Part shown: piece after piece, positions 10,568 to 19,760 of the stretch
Numbering within the stretch: the stretch's first letter is position 1
Layout of the letters: every line of letters begins with the position of its first letter
NCBI GenBank assembly: GCA_963745835.1
Contig: CAVUZH010000015.1
Span: 64,001 to 128,000 of the forward strand
Reading direction: 5' to 3'
DNA from: an uncultured delta proteobacterium
GTDB lineage: Bacteria > Desulfobacterota > Binatia > UBA9968
DNA length: 64,000 nt
Position numbers and translations under genes: made by a program
Notes under the pieces: generated by a model
The model's database searches: none
What the model was told of the DNA's origin: nothing
Seen by the model: the letters and a program-made list of their open reading frames with translations, nothing else

Positions 10568-10640
10568 GTTCAAATTGTTCCAGACGTTCGCAAACGTTTT
10601 GAACGGAGCGAAGCGGTTGAGCGGCTTGAACCATTTGAAC
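10568..10640. repeat. Second copy of the 9-nt GTTCAA/TTGAAC hairpin with internal GGAGCGAAGCG
   Basis: gttcaaatt gttccagac gttcgcaaac gttttgaac ggagcgaagcggttgagc ggcttgaac catttgaac. Confidence 0.8.
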
Positions 10641-10664
10641 TTTTAAAGTGGAAGAAGAATACCC

Positions 10665-12092
10665 ATGGCAGATTTAAGAACATGGCTTGAAGAAGTCGAC
10701 AAGCTGGACCAACTGATAACCGTGAACGATGCCCACTGGGATCTTGAGCTGTCGACTTTGACGGAAATTATCAACGAGCGATCCAAGATTCGTCCGGCCA
10801 TTGTATTTAATAGGATCGAAGGATATCCCGACGGCTACCGCGTCGCCGTCAACCTGCTCTCGTCGCTTCAACGTCTCGCTCTTACCATGGGCATGGATCC
10901 GGGCATCAGCGAGTTCGATTTCGTTCAGCAATGGCGCCGCCAGGTCAAATCGATCGAACCGATTGAGCCGCGCAAACTTACGCATGCGCCGCTGTTTGAA
11001 AATGTTCAAAAAGCCGGCGACATCGATCTTCTCAAATTTCCGGTGCCGCGCTGGCATGAGCTTGACGGCGGGCGTTATGTCGGCACGGACGATCTTGTCG
11101 TTACCCGGGATCCTGAAGAGAACTGGGTCAATGTCGGCACCTACCGGATTATGATCCACGGACGAGATCATCTGGGTCTGCACATGTCTCCGGGAAAACA
11201 TGGGCGCGTCCATCGCGACAAATACCACCAAGCGGGCAAGCCCTTGCCGATTGCGGTTTCCTTCGGTCATCATCCGATCAACTTTTTGGTTGCCTCAACC
11301 GACGTGCCGAACCGGATCAACGAATACGCTTACGCCGGAGGCATTACCGGCAAAGCGCTCGACATCGTCGAAGGACCCTTGACCGGACTGCCGCTGCCGG
11401 CGGATGCCGAAATCGCCATCGAAGGCGAAGTGCTGCCGAACGATTTCATGCCGGAAGGGCCATTCGGTGAATGGACCGGTTACTACGCGAGCAATCAACC
11501 GGCGGTACCGGTGATTCGTGTCAAAGCGGTCTACCACCGCAATGATCCGATTCTTTGCGGCTTCCCATTGTTGAAGCCTTCCAGCGGCGACAATCTGCAC
11601 TTTTCGCTGATGCGCTCGGCGCTCATCTGGAATGCGCTGGACGAAGCCGGAGTTCCGGACGTGCAAGCGGTATGGGCGCACCCGTCGGGCGGCCGCTTCA
11701 TGACCGTGTTGTCGATCCGCCAGCGGTATCCCGGCCACGCGAAACAAGCTGCGATGATCGCCAGCCAGTGCCGCTCCGGCGCATATCTCGGCCGCTACGT
11801 CATTGTCGTTGACGACGACATCGATATCACCAAAACGGAAGAAGTCATCTGGGCGATCAGCTCGCGCTCGGATCCGGCTCAGTCGATCGACATTTTGCGG
11901 CGCTGCTGGAGCGGACCATTGGACCCGCGAATTCCCGCCGAAGAGAAAGGTTTAAGCTCGCGCGCCATCATCGATGCGACCCGCCCCTATGAATGGCGCG
12001 AGAAATTTCCCAAGGTGAGCGGCGCCAGCCGAGAGTTAAAGAGTGAGATAGGTAAAAAGTGGAATGGCTTCCTCGATGATAAGATCCGCTAA
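10665..12092 (+). CDS. UbiD family prFMN-dependent (de)carboxylase
   Basis: HELDGGRY, NVGTYR, EGPFGEWTGYY, VIVVDDDIDI. Confidence 0.95.
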   Translation: MADLRTWLEEVDKLDQLITVNDAHWDLELSTLTEIINERSKIRPAIVFNRIEGYPDGYRVAVNLLSSLQRLALTMGMDPGISEFDFVQQWRRQVKSIEPIEPRKLTHAPLFENVQKAGDIDLLKFPVPRWHELDGGRYVGTDDLVVTRDPEENWVNVGTYRIMIHGRDHLGLHMSPGKHGRVHRDKYHQAGKPLPIAVSFGHHPINFLVASTDVPNRINEYAYAGGITGKALDIVEGPLTGLPLPADAEIAIEGEVLPNDFMPEGPFGEWTGYYASNQPAVPVIRVKAVYHRNDPILCGFPLLKPSSGDNLHFSLMRSALIWNALDEAGVPDVQAVWAHPSGGRFMTVLSIRQRYPGHAKQAAMIASQCRSGAYLGRYVIVVDDDIDITKTEEVIWAISSRSDPAQSIDILRRCWSGPLDPRIPAEEKGLSSRAIIDATRPYEWREKFPKVSGASRELKSEIGKKWNGFLDDKIR

Positions 12093-12217
12093 CTAAAAGG
12101 CTGCGGACACCGACTAAACACCAGTTTCAAGAAAAAACATACAGTGGATGAGAGCGGATCGAAACGCGTTCTTAGACAGCTCAGAAGATGAATACGTTGG
12201 GAAGGGCGGATGCAGTT

Positions 12218-13195
12218 ATGAAGATTCGAGCTTTCATGATTATTTCAGTTCTGCTGTTGGCAGTTTTCCCGTTTCAACCTGCGGTCCTAGCACAAGGCGC
12301 GCCTGAGCGGATTCGAATTAGTTATTCCAGCGGCGGGATGACCTCCATCGATCTCTTCATCGCGCGCGATCGAAAGTATTTCCAACAGCAGAATCTAAAC
12401 GGCGAGTTGATTCGAATGTCGGCCAATCTCGCCATCAGCGCCGGCATTTCCGGAGACGTTGATGTTCTCGGTTCCATCGGCAGCGCGATCCGTTCGATTC
12501 AGCGAGGCGCGCCTTTACGGGTTATTTCGGTAACCTTGCGCCGACCGCTGTTCTTTCTCGTCGCCCGCCCGGAGTACAGCACGGTCAAAGATCTCAAGGG
12601 TAAGACGTTGGGCATCGTCACCTTCGGCGGCAGCCAGCACACGACTGCCAAACGCTTGATCGCGCTGCACGGCCTTAATGCCGACAAGGAGCTTACTTCG
12701 ATTCAGGTTGGCGAAGAATCGATGCAGCTGCAGGCTTTGACGACCAATGCGATCCAGGTAGCGGCCATCAGCCCGCCTTATGCACAAATTGCCCGCGACA
12801 AGTTCAACATGAAGATTCTCGAAACGTCCACCGATAAGTTTGCCAGCATCCAGAATGGCGCCGCCGTGAACCTGAAGATGCTCCAGGAGAGACCGGACTT
12901 TTTAAAGCGCTTTCTGCGCGCCCGCGCTCAGGCAAACAAGTATTTTTTGGAGCGAGAAAAGGAGGCCAGCGAGCTTCTCGCCAGCATCTGGAATTCCGAT
13001 TTTAAAATCGCCAACGAAAGTTACCGGGCCTCAAAAGCAGCGTTCACCGGCACCGGCATTCCCACCGATGATGAGATCAAAGAGTACCTTGCGCTCGACG
13101 CGCAAATCATCGGCCTGCCGCAGCCGGTTCCGGCGTCGAGCGTCTTCGACTTCACCTTGCAGCGAGAAATCAATAAAGAGTTGGGAGTCAAGTGA
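12218..13195 (+). CDS. NMT1/SsuA/TauA-like solute-binding protein
   Basis: Signal peptide; DLKGKTLGI, RPDFLKRFLRA, VFDFTL. Confidence 0.85.
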   Translation: MKIRAFMIISVLLLAVFPFQPAVLAQGAPERIRISYSSGGMTSIDLFIARDRKYFQQQNLNGELIRMSANLAISAGISGDVDVLGSIGSAIRSIQRGAPLRVISVTLRRPLFFLVARPEYSTVKDLKGKTLGIVTFGGSQHTTAKRLIALHGLNADKELTSIQVGEESMQLQALTTNAIQVAAISPPYAQIARDKFNMKILETSTDKFASIQNGAAVNLKMLQERPDFLKRFLRARAQANKYFLEREKEASELLASIWNSDFKIANESYRASKAAFTGTGIPTDDEIKEYLALDAQIIGLPQPVPASSVFDFTLQREINKELGVK

Positions 13196-13242
13196 GTCAA
13201 TTGCCCGAATGCCGTCGCAGCGCGCGAGACCCATCGCCGAAG

Positions 13243-13818
13243 CTATCTTGACTCCTTGAACCAAGTTGACGGTTCACTCTTGAATCGAATGTCGGCGAAA
13301 TTCTGATCTGCCTCTAACTCCTGAAGTTTGCGGCGCTGTTCAGCGCTCAACTGCGCTTTTGCTTTTTCGATAGAACGAATGCGCGCGATCCGTAAATCGG
13401 CGCGAATCCGTTCGATATCGCGGATCTTGGCCTCGACTCGTGGCATGTCGACCGGTTGCGCCTCAAGCAAACTGGTCAGATCCAATTCGGCGATGCGAAG
13501 ATTTGCCTCGCTTCGAATCGACTCTTTGGCAAAATCACTGCGAAGGTGCTCCAAGTGTTTAACCTGATCCGCGGTTAAACCCAGCCGTTCGCGATTGCGC
13601 AGCATCAGTGAAATAGGCGCTCGGTCTTCCGCCGAAATTTCAAAGCTAAAATTTTCTTTCAATCGGTCCAGCAGTTCGCGCAATCTGCGGCCGATACTCT
13701 CCGGCGTTAAACTTCGATCCTCTGAGCTAAAATTCGACTCACTGGCCGCCGGGAGGTTATTGGGCTGAGCTATCAAAATTAACGCCAGCAGCAATCCTAG
13801 ACTTGCGTATATCTTCAT
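13243..13818 (-). CDS. Spy/CpxP (LTxxQ) periplasmic chaperone or metal-sensor-like protein
   Basis: Signal peptide; LGLTADQ and LSAEQRRKL repeats, helical composition. Confidence 0.75.
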   Translation of the reverse strand: MKIYASLGLLLALILIAQPNNLPAASESNFSSEDRSLTPESIGRRLRELLDRLKENFSFEISAEDRAPISLMLRNRERLGLTADQVKHLEHLRSDFAKESIRSEANLRIAELDLTSLLEAQPVDMPRVEAKIRDIERIRADLRIARIRSIEKAKAQLSAEQRRKLQELEADQNFADIRFKSEPSTWFKESR

Positions 13819-13968
13819 GGTCCCTCCTTGGGCACTCGACGAAGTTAAATCTGAGCTTCTACGCGCTCGATGTCAAACCTCCCCCGGCTCACAGAGTAAA
13901 TGTGAGCGCCGTTCTTTTAGCGGTCCAAGATTCTCAAAAAAGAATTTTTGATCGCACGAAATTATCGC

Positions 13969-14001
13969 TTGACAAATCATCCAGTCAGTAACAGATTATA
14001 A
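13969..14001 (+). promoter_or_regulatory. Probable sigma70 promoter
   Basis: TTGACA at 13969, then CAGATT/ATTATA -10-like AT-rich element. Confidence 0.55.
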
Positions 14002-14083
14002 GTGGATCCACTGAGCGCCGCCGGGCGCAGGGGCCAGGTGGATTGCAGATCAGAGGGCCCCACGGGAAAAGGAGGTCTTCGCT

Positions 14084-14167
14084 ATGCAAGACGAAACTCC
14101 ACCGGGTCATCAAAGCCCGCTGCTTGCGGGCCAAGCATCCTACCGGACGAAGAAGTTCTCGCGGTAG
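14084..14167 (+). CDS. Small ORF MQDETPPGHQSPLLAGQASYRTKKFSR (frame uncertain)
   Basis: Strong SD AAAAGGAGGT 7 nt before ATG, lying between a promoter and a terminator. Confidence 0.4.
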   Translation: MQDETPPGHQSPLLAGQASYRTKKFSR

Positions 14168-14332
14168 AGCTACTGTCCGATCGCTTCAACAAATTGCCTG
14201 AAGGCAAATAGTCGCCCAGCGACTCAATAGGCGCTCATCGGCAAAATGCTCAATAGCGAGTCTGTCCGAGGATGCTCGAAGATGCGAACAGCGGGCAGTT
14301 AAAAAAGTTTTGAACGTTAGCGTCAAAAGCGC

Positions 14333-14366
14333 AAAAAGGCGCCCTCCCCTGAGAGGCGCCTTTTTT
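14333..14366. terminator. Bidirectional intrinsic terminator
   Basis: AAAAAGGCGCC-N11-GGCGCCTTTTTT. Confidence 0.85.
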
Positions 14367-14445
14367 ATATGCCACGTTCGAGTCGATCACCTCGGTCCTG
14401 CAAGATCTTCAAATTGCTCGCGCCATTGAATCGTCTGAACCTTGA

Positions 14446-15687
14446 TCAATCCCGTGGATCCTTGAGCAACGTTATCAGCCCAACAATACCCACCGTTAGA
14501 AATGCTCCCAGCACCTGCCAGGCGATTGCATACGATCCGGTGCGATCGACGATGTAGCCAAAGATCGGTGTGCCGAGAGTTGCACAGCCGGCATTGATCG
14601 TGATCATCAGTCCCAAACCCGCGCCGGTTCTGGCTTTGCCGGCAATCTCACCGATAAGCGCGTAAGAAACTCCCTGATACCCGACCAGGCAGACGCCTGC
14701 TAAAAACAATAGAGGCAGGAGGAGATAAATCGGTGATTCCGGCTTCATCAGGCTCAGGGCGAGAATCGTGAGCGCGGACGATACACCGATGACAACCAAA
14801 ACGATTTTGCGCCGGCCGCCAAACAGCCGGTCGCTGGCAACACCCCAACCGATGCGTCCGACCATGCCGCCGGCCTGTGTTAGGGCCAAAGCCTGGCTTG
14901 CCCAGTACGGGGAAAAGCCCATCGCATCTTTCAAATAGAGCGGTGTGTAGGTGATCAAAGCCATTTGCCCGACCAGGTAAATAGCGGTGCCGCAGCTGAC
15001 CGGAAGAAGACTCCAGATGTTGAGCGGCGCTGCCGCATCATTTGCGGCACGCTCAGGAGAATCATGTTTGAACGAATCCCCGACCGGGTCGCGCCAGAAA
15101 AACCAGAACAAAAAGCCGAATAGAAAATTGATCATGCCCAGCGCAGCCAGTGCACCGCGCCAGCCGATGAGCAAGACTAGCGCAGGCGCGAGCATCGCGG
15201 TCACGACACCGCCGGCCGGTACTCCGGTCTGCTTGATGCCCATCGCCGTGGCGCGTTCGTCGCGATGAAACCAGGACATCACGCCTTTGGTCGATGCAGG
15301 ATTAAGAAAACTATAGCCAAACCCGGCAAGAAAAAAGCTGGCAAAGGCCCAAGTGAAGGAAGGCGCAAGCGCGGCCGCAAGGGTGCACAAACCTAGAATT
15401 AGATGCCCCTGCAAGGACGTCTTGCGCACGCCGAGCCGGTCGGCGAGCCATCCTGTGCCAAAGGAAGCGCCGGTCATCGCCAGGTAAAACGCCGAGAAAA
15501 ATAATCCGACTTGCGCGCGCGACAAACCCAGTTCATCTTTGTAGAAAGGCGCTAAAGTATTGATGCCGTATTGCGCGGCCGCGCCGATCACGTGAGAAGC
15601 GCTGATCAACGCGAGAATCGCCCAGCGAAAACGATCTCGCTTTGCGGATTCATCCACCGATGAATCTGCTTTCAGCCCAGGCTCCAT
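14446..15687 (-). CDS. MFS transporter
   Basis: About 12 TM; GWLADRLGVRK and GVASDRLFGGRRK motif A copies; start approximate. Confidence 0.92.
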   Translation of the reverse strand: MEPGLKADSSVDESAKRDRFRWAILALISASHVIGAAAQYGINTLAPFYKDELGLSRAQVGLFFSAFYLAMTGASFGTGWLADRLGVRKTSLQGHLILGLCTLAAALAPSFTWAFASFFLAGFGYSFLNPASTKGVMSWFHRDERATAMGIKQTGVPAGGVVTAMLAPALVLLIGWRGALAALGMINFLFGFLFWFFWRDPVGDSFKHDSPERAANDAAAPLNIWSLLPVSCGTAIYLVGQMALITYTPLYLKDAMGFSPYWASQALALTQAGGMVGRIGWGVASDRLFGGRRKIVLVVIGVSSALTILALSLMKPESPIYLLLPLLFLAGVCLVGYQGVSYALIGEIAGKARTGAGLGLMITINAGCATLGTPIFGYIVDRTGSYAIAWQVLGAFLTVGIVGLITLLKDPRD

Positions 15688-15904
15688 CGGTCGAAGTGAC
15701 AGCGAGAAACCCACTAACCCTGAGGCGCCAAAGCAATGGGTCTGTGGCCGATAGCCGCCTAGAAACTGCACCCGCCGCAGCAGGTGACACGAAAACTATG
15801 AACCCTGAACCATGCACCATAATGAATTGGATACTATTGATTCTATGCCGTTGCGCCACCGGACCCGTCGCTTGGTAGTAGTTGCTGATTTCTAATACGA
15901 GGAT

Positions 15905-17500
15905 TCAGTCGAAGACGGTCTGGGAGTAAGGCTCGACATCGATGAAAGCTTCGATGACGCTGGGACCGTTCAGTGTCAACGCCCATTGCAGCGCGTGACT
16001 GAATTCATCAGGAGTTTTAGCCGGCCGGCATGGCACACCGAAATAATGTGGCGGCGACTCCGGCGGCGGACCGAGATGAACTCCCGAGAGATGGTAGTGC
16101 TTGCGTTCCTGCTTCACTTTCATCAAGCCCAGCCAGCCGTCGCTCAAAACGATCACCGGCACTTGCAAGCGCAAGCGGCGTGCAAGCGATAGTTCGCCCG
16201 CGGTCATCTGAAAGCCGCCGTCGCCTACCACCGCAACAACTTCTCGGTCAGGGAATACCAGCTTGGCCGCATACGCCGCCGGCATGCCATAGCCCATGGA
16301 GGACCAGCCATTGGTGGCAAGCAAGGACTTCGGACAATCGGTGCGCCATTGACTGGCGATTTGATGCGTATGCGCGCCGACATCGTAGGCAAGGATGCCA
16401 TCGGATGCGACCTTCTCACGCAAAATATCCAATACGTGATGCGCGGCAAACTGGCTGCCGGCGGGACGCAGCGCGCGATCGAATGACACACGATGTTCGC
16501 GCCAATCCTCGATAGACCATATGTTGGAAACTGGCGGAGTCTTTGCCATCGCGGTAACCGCTGCATCGAAATTACAAGCTTGATTCCAGATAAATATGAT
16601 GCTGCCATCATCCTCAGCTGCTTCGGTGCTAATGTGGATGACCGGAGTTTGGCCAACCCATTCCTCATAATTCATCTCGATCGGATCGTAACCCACCGCA
16701 ATAATCAGGTCGGCCTGATCGGTGAAACGTTTGACGTCGGTTCGGCGCGCGCGTCCGATGACGCCCGCCCAATTCAAATGGCTCTCCGGTAAAAAGCCTT
16801 TGCCATGAAGCGTCGACACGAAAGGTATCTTTTGTCGTTCGATAAACTGCAGAAGCTTGTCGGACTTGTTATGGCGGGCGAAAGTAAGTCCGGTGACCAC
16901 CAGCGGCCGCTGCGATTTATGGAGAGCTTGCGAAAGCGCTTGAGCGATCGATTCGGAACAATCCGCAAGGAGTTTCGCCTCAATCGGTTGATTGCACTCC
17001 TCGGCTCCACTTGCTAGAGCCACGTCCTCTGGCAAATCCAGATGAACCGGTCCCGGCGGTTCGTCCCCGGCAATCGCCAATGCCTGCGCCAATAATTTGC
17101 TGACCTGACGATCGCTAAAAGAAAAAGTTCTCTTGGTAATCGGCTTGAATAAGGCTTGATGATCAATGCGCATCTGAATGCGGCGGCCGAGCCAGGCGCT
17201 CGAAACATTGCACGTCAGCGCCAGCACCGGCGCGCGGTCGAGCCAGGCGCAACCCACGCCAGTGGTAAGGTTGGTCGCTCCGGGTCCCACCGTGGAAACG
17301 CACACTCCCGGACGCCCGGTCAAGTATCCAACCACCGATGCCATAAACCCTGCCGACGTTTCGCTCGCCGTCAGAATGAATTCAATGGAACTTCGCTGCA
17401 ACGATTCGATCAGCGGAAGGACCGGACCGCTGGGTACGCCGAAAACCCAGCGCACGCCTGCTTTCTCCAGCATGCCGACAATGACATCGCTATTGTTCAT
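15905..17500 (-). CDS. Thiamine-diphosphate-dependent enzyme (acetolactate synthase-like)
   Basis: FGVPSG, VSTVGPGATN, SMGYGMPAA, GDGGFQM. Confidence 0.92.
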   Translation of the reverse strand: MNNSDVIVGMLEKAGVRWVFGVPSGPVLPLIESLQRSSIEFILTASETSAGFMASVVGYLTGRPGVCVSTVGPGATNLTTGVGCAWLDRAPVLALTCNVSSAWLGRRIQMRIDHQALFKPITKRTFSFSDRQVSKLLAQALAIAGDEPPGPVHLDLPEDVALASGAEECNQPIEAKLLADCSESIAQALSQALHKSQRPLVVTGLTFARHNKSDKLLQFIERQKIPFVSTLHGKGFLPESHLNWAGVIGRARRTDVKRFTDQADLIIAVGYDPIEMNYEEWVGQTPVIHISTEAAEDDGSIIFIWNQACNFDAAVTAMAKTPPVSNIWSIEDWREHRVSFDRALRPAGSQFAAHHVLDILREKVASDGILAYDVGAHTHQIASQWRTDCPKSLLATNGWSSMGYGMPAAYAAKLVFPDREVVAVVGDGGFQMTAGELSLARRLRLQVPVIVLSDGWLGLMKVKQERKHYHLSGVHLGPPPESPPHYFGVPCRPAKTPDEFSHALQWALTLNGPSVIEAFIDVEPYSQTVFD

Positions 17501-17508
17501 CAGCCGCT

Positions 17509-18321
17509 CTAGTTGCCGATGCGCACGGGATCTACGACATCCCGCAGCGCGCGAATGATCGACAGCACGGTCAATTTTCCGGTTTTCGGATTTTCGCTGG
17601 GAACATTTTCGATGTGCATCAGCATGCGGCCGAACTCGCCTTCGATTTCGATGTCATGACAATTCCGCTTGAGCCCCGGGACGGCAAGGATGCGAATTCG
17701 CGTTCGATCAGGACCAATGCCGGCCAGGCTCACCGCGGCCGAAACGTTCACATTGGCCGGAAATCCTTTGCACGCCTCGCGGGCGGTGCCGGAGAAGACC
17801 TCCGTCTCTTCAGCCAGTCCGTCAAGCGAGATCTGGTTTTGTACAAGATGCGGCGCGCCTGCCAGTCCGCCAGGCGGCTTGCGCGTGGTCATCGTGACAT
17901 GCGTGATCTGCCCCACACAAGCCGATTTGATGCCGTCCAAACCCACGATGGCTCCAGATGGGATATATAAGCGGCAACCGGTGCGCCGGGAGGTTTCGAT
18001 GATCTCCGGATGGTCGAGCAGAGCGCCAACGCTGATCACCATGAGATCCTTGCCCGCTGCAAAGACATCCTTCGCCAATCCAGGCACGACCGGGCCGCCG
18101 GCCGCCTCGACGAGCAAATCGGCAGCGTCGATCAGCTCGGGCAACGACAGGTACGGTGGAGGGCTTTTGAACCTAGAGAGAAACTCAATCGCATGCTGCT
18201 CGCTTCGACTGGTAATCCCCGCGATGCGCACAGGCAAACTGCCGCTTTCCGTGGCCGCAACCAGCGCGCGACCGATGGCGCCGCAACCGACGATTCCAAT
18301 AGTTTTCACGAAACCCTCCAC
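17509..18321 (-). CDS. nadX: L-aspartate dehydrogenase-like protein
   Basis: GCGAIG, PSGAIVGLDG, TTRKPP, FPANVNV, NPKTGKLT. Confidence 0.85.
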   Translation of the reverse strand: MEGFVKTIGIVGCGAIGRALVAATESGSLPVRIAGITSRSEQHAIEFLSRFKSPPPYLSLPELIDAADLLVEAAGGPVVPGLAKDVFAAGKDLMVISVGALLDHPEIIETSRRTGCRLYIPSGAIVGLDGIKSACVGQITHVTMTTRKPPGGLAGAPHLVQNQISLDGLAEETEVFSGTAREACKGFPANVNVSAAVSLAGIGPDRTRIRILAVPGLKRNCHDIEIEGEFGRMLMHIENVPSENPKTGKLTVLSIIRALRDVVDPVRIGN

Positions 18322-18430
18322 AATCTCGAGATCAAGAATATTGATGCGAAGGCGGACTCCGCATTCTAGGTGATGTCGCTCATCTGTACTGCGGATCCCG
18401 CGCGGAACACAACCGCCGCTAGATCAGCAA

Positions 18431-18859
18431 TCAACGAGATGGAACCAACCAGTAAAGCATCCAATAGACGATTACGCCGGTGACGGAAACATACATCCAT
18501 ATCGGAAAGGTCCAGCGGGCGATACGACGATGCTTGATGAAATTTTCCTGCAGGCCTCGAAGTAAGGTGATGATCGCCAGCGGCACAACCGCGGTCGCCA
18601 GGATGGTATGCGAAATCAGAATCGTAAAATAGATTGGCCGGATCAAGCCTTGACCTTTGAAAGCCACGGAACCGACATGAAAGTGGTAAACCAGATAGGA
18701 AATCAAAAACAGGGTCGAGGAAGCGCATGCTGCGAGCATGCTGGCGCGGTGCGCTGATTGATTGCCAGCTCTGATAAACCGATAGCCGGTTAACAACAGA
18801 ACGGCGCTGAGTGAATTTAGCGCCGCGTTAAGCGCCGGCAAGGAAGTGATTTCAATCAA
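18431..18859 (-). CDS. DUF420 (CtaM/YozB) oxidase assembly membrane protein
   Basis: LNAALNS, HRASM, FLISYLVYH, SHTILA, KHRRIARWTFPIWMYVSVTG. Confidence 0.9.
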   Translation of the reverse strand: MIEITSLPALNAALNSLSAVLLLTGYRFIRAGNQSAHRASMLAACASSTLFLISYLVYHFHVGSVAFKGQGLIRPIYFTILISHTILATAVVPLAIITLLRGLQENFIKHRRIARWTFPIWMYVSVTGVIVYWMLYWLVPSR

Positions 18860-19134
18860 GCGGGACGGATATCGGGCAGCAGCATCAAAATCAAGAACAG
18901 ACAGAGGACAAACGGCACAATCGCGATCATTGCCAGAGTTTTTCGCTCAAACTTCAGATGCATGAAATACATCGCCACCAGCGCGGCTTTCCAGACCGCC
19001 AGGATCACGAGCAGAGAACCCAGCAACATTTTCGGCAGTCCTAAAAAGGTAAGCCCTACCTCCACCACCGTGAGCACCAGAAGCACCCAAAAAATTCCCA
19101 TGTAATTTGGATGGGTATGAGTTGTCGTAGCCAT
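18856..19134 (-). CDS. Cytochrome c oxidase subunit IV family protein
   Basis: LLVLTVVEV, KAALVAMYFMHLKFE. Confidence 0.88.
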   Translation of the reverse strand: MATTTHTHPNYMGIFWVLLVLTVVEVGLTFLGLPKMLLGSLLVILAVWKAALVAMYFMHLKFERKTLAMIAIVPFVLCLFLILMLLPDIRPA

Positions 19135-19151
19135 GTCGTTCCCCTAAGAAC

Positions 19152-19760
19152 CTACAGTAAGTAAACAAACGTAAAGATCAGAATCCACACCAGGTCGACG
19201 AAATGCCAATAGAGACCGGCAATCTCGACGTGATTGGCGCCCCATCGGCCCTTGCTGACCAATGTCAGCACCACTGTGTTGTAGATGACACCACCGGTTA
19301 CATGCAGACCGTGGAATCCGGTCAGAACGAAGAATGTCGTGGCAAATAGATGACTCGAGAACGAAAGCTTATGGTGGGGCAGTGTCTCATGTATCAAGTG
19401 CGTCCACTCGTAGGCCTGACAGCCGAGAAAGAGCGCGCCGCCGAGAATAGTAAACGCCATAAACTTCTTGAACCTGGCCTTGTCGCCTGACTGGACCGCG
19501 GCCAATGCCAAAACCATCGTCACACTGCTGATAATCAGCAACAAAGTCATCAGGGCGGTCAAATTAATCCCCAGGACTTCCGAGGGCGGCGGCCAACTGG
19601 AACTCGAATAACGGAGGATCCCGTAGCCGACGATCAATCCACCGAAAGACATCGCATCACCGGCGAGAAAATTCCACATGCCGAGTTTGCCCCAGCTGTC
19701 GGGAGTCAAAGGCGACTCGGCTGGTTCAACTCCGGGATGCGCCGCAGCAGCTTCACTCAT
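19152..19760 (-). CDS. Cytochrome c oxidase subunit III (second copy)
   Basis: KLGMW, TGFHGLHV, GLYWHFVDLVW. Confidence 0.92.
   Translation of the reverse strand: MSEAAAAHPGVEPAESPLTPDSWGKLGMWNFLAGDAMSFGGLIVGYGILRYSSSSWPPPSEVLGINLTALMTLLLIISSVTMVLALAAVQSGDKARFKKFMAFTILGGALFLGCQAYEWTHLIHETLPHHKLSFSSHLFATTFFVLTGFHGLHVTGGVIYNTVVLTLVSKGRWGANHVEIAGLYWHFVDLVWILIFTFVYLL

Noticed and set aside
9321-10640. CRISPR array interpretation of the GTTCAA/TTGAAC repeats
   Set aside because: Units are 9 nt, tandem and inverted, with no 30-40 nt unique spacers and no cas genes
14003-14237. SAH riboswitch resemblance (GAGCGC.GC...CCAGG...GGCGCTCA)
   Set aside because: The pseudoknot partner is ~210 nt away, P1 does not match the consensus well, and no ahcY/metH/metF follows; kept only as an unknown structured RNA
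15793-15820. 7-nt repeats (aactatg aaccctg aaccatg), with similar short runs at ~27365-27387 and ~28492-28511
   Set aside because: Too short and lacking a clear inverted arm; may be decayed micro-repeat elements but cannot be supported by eye
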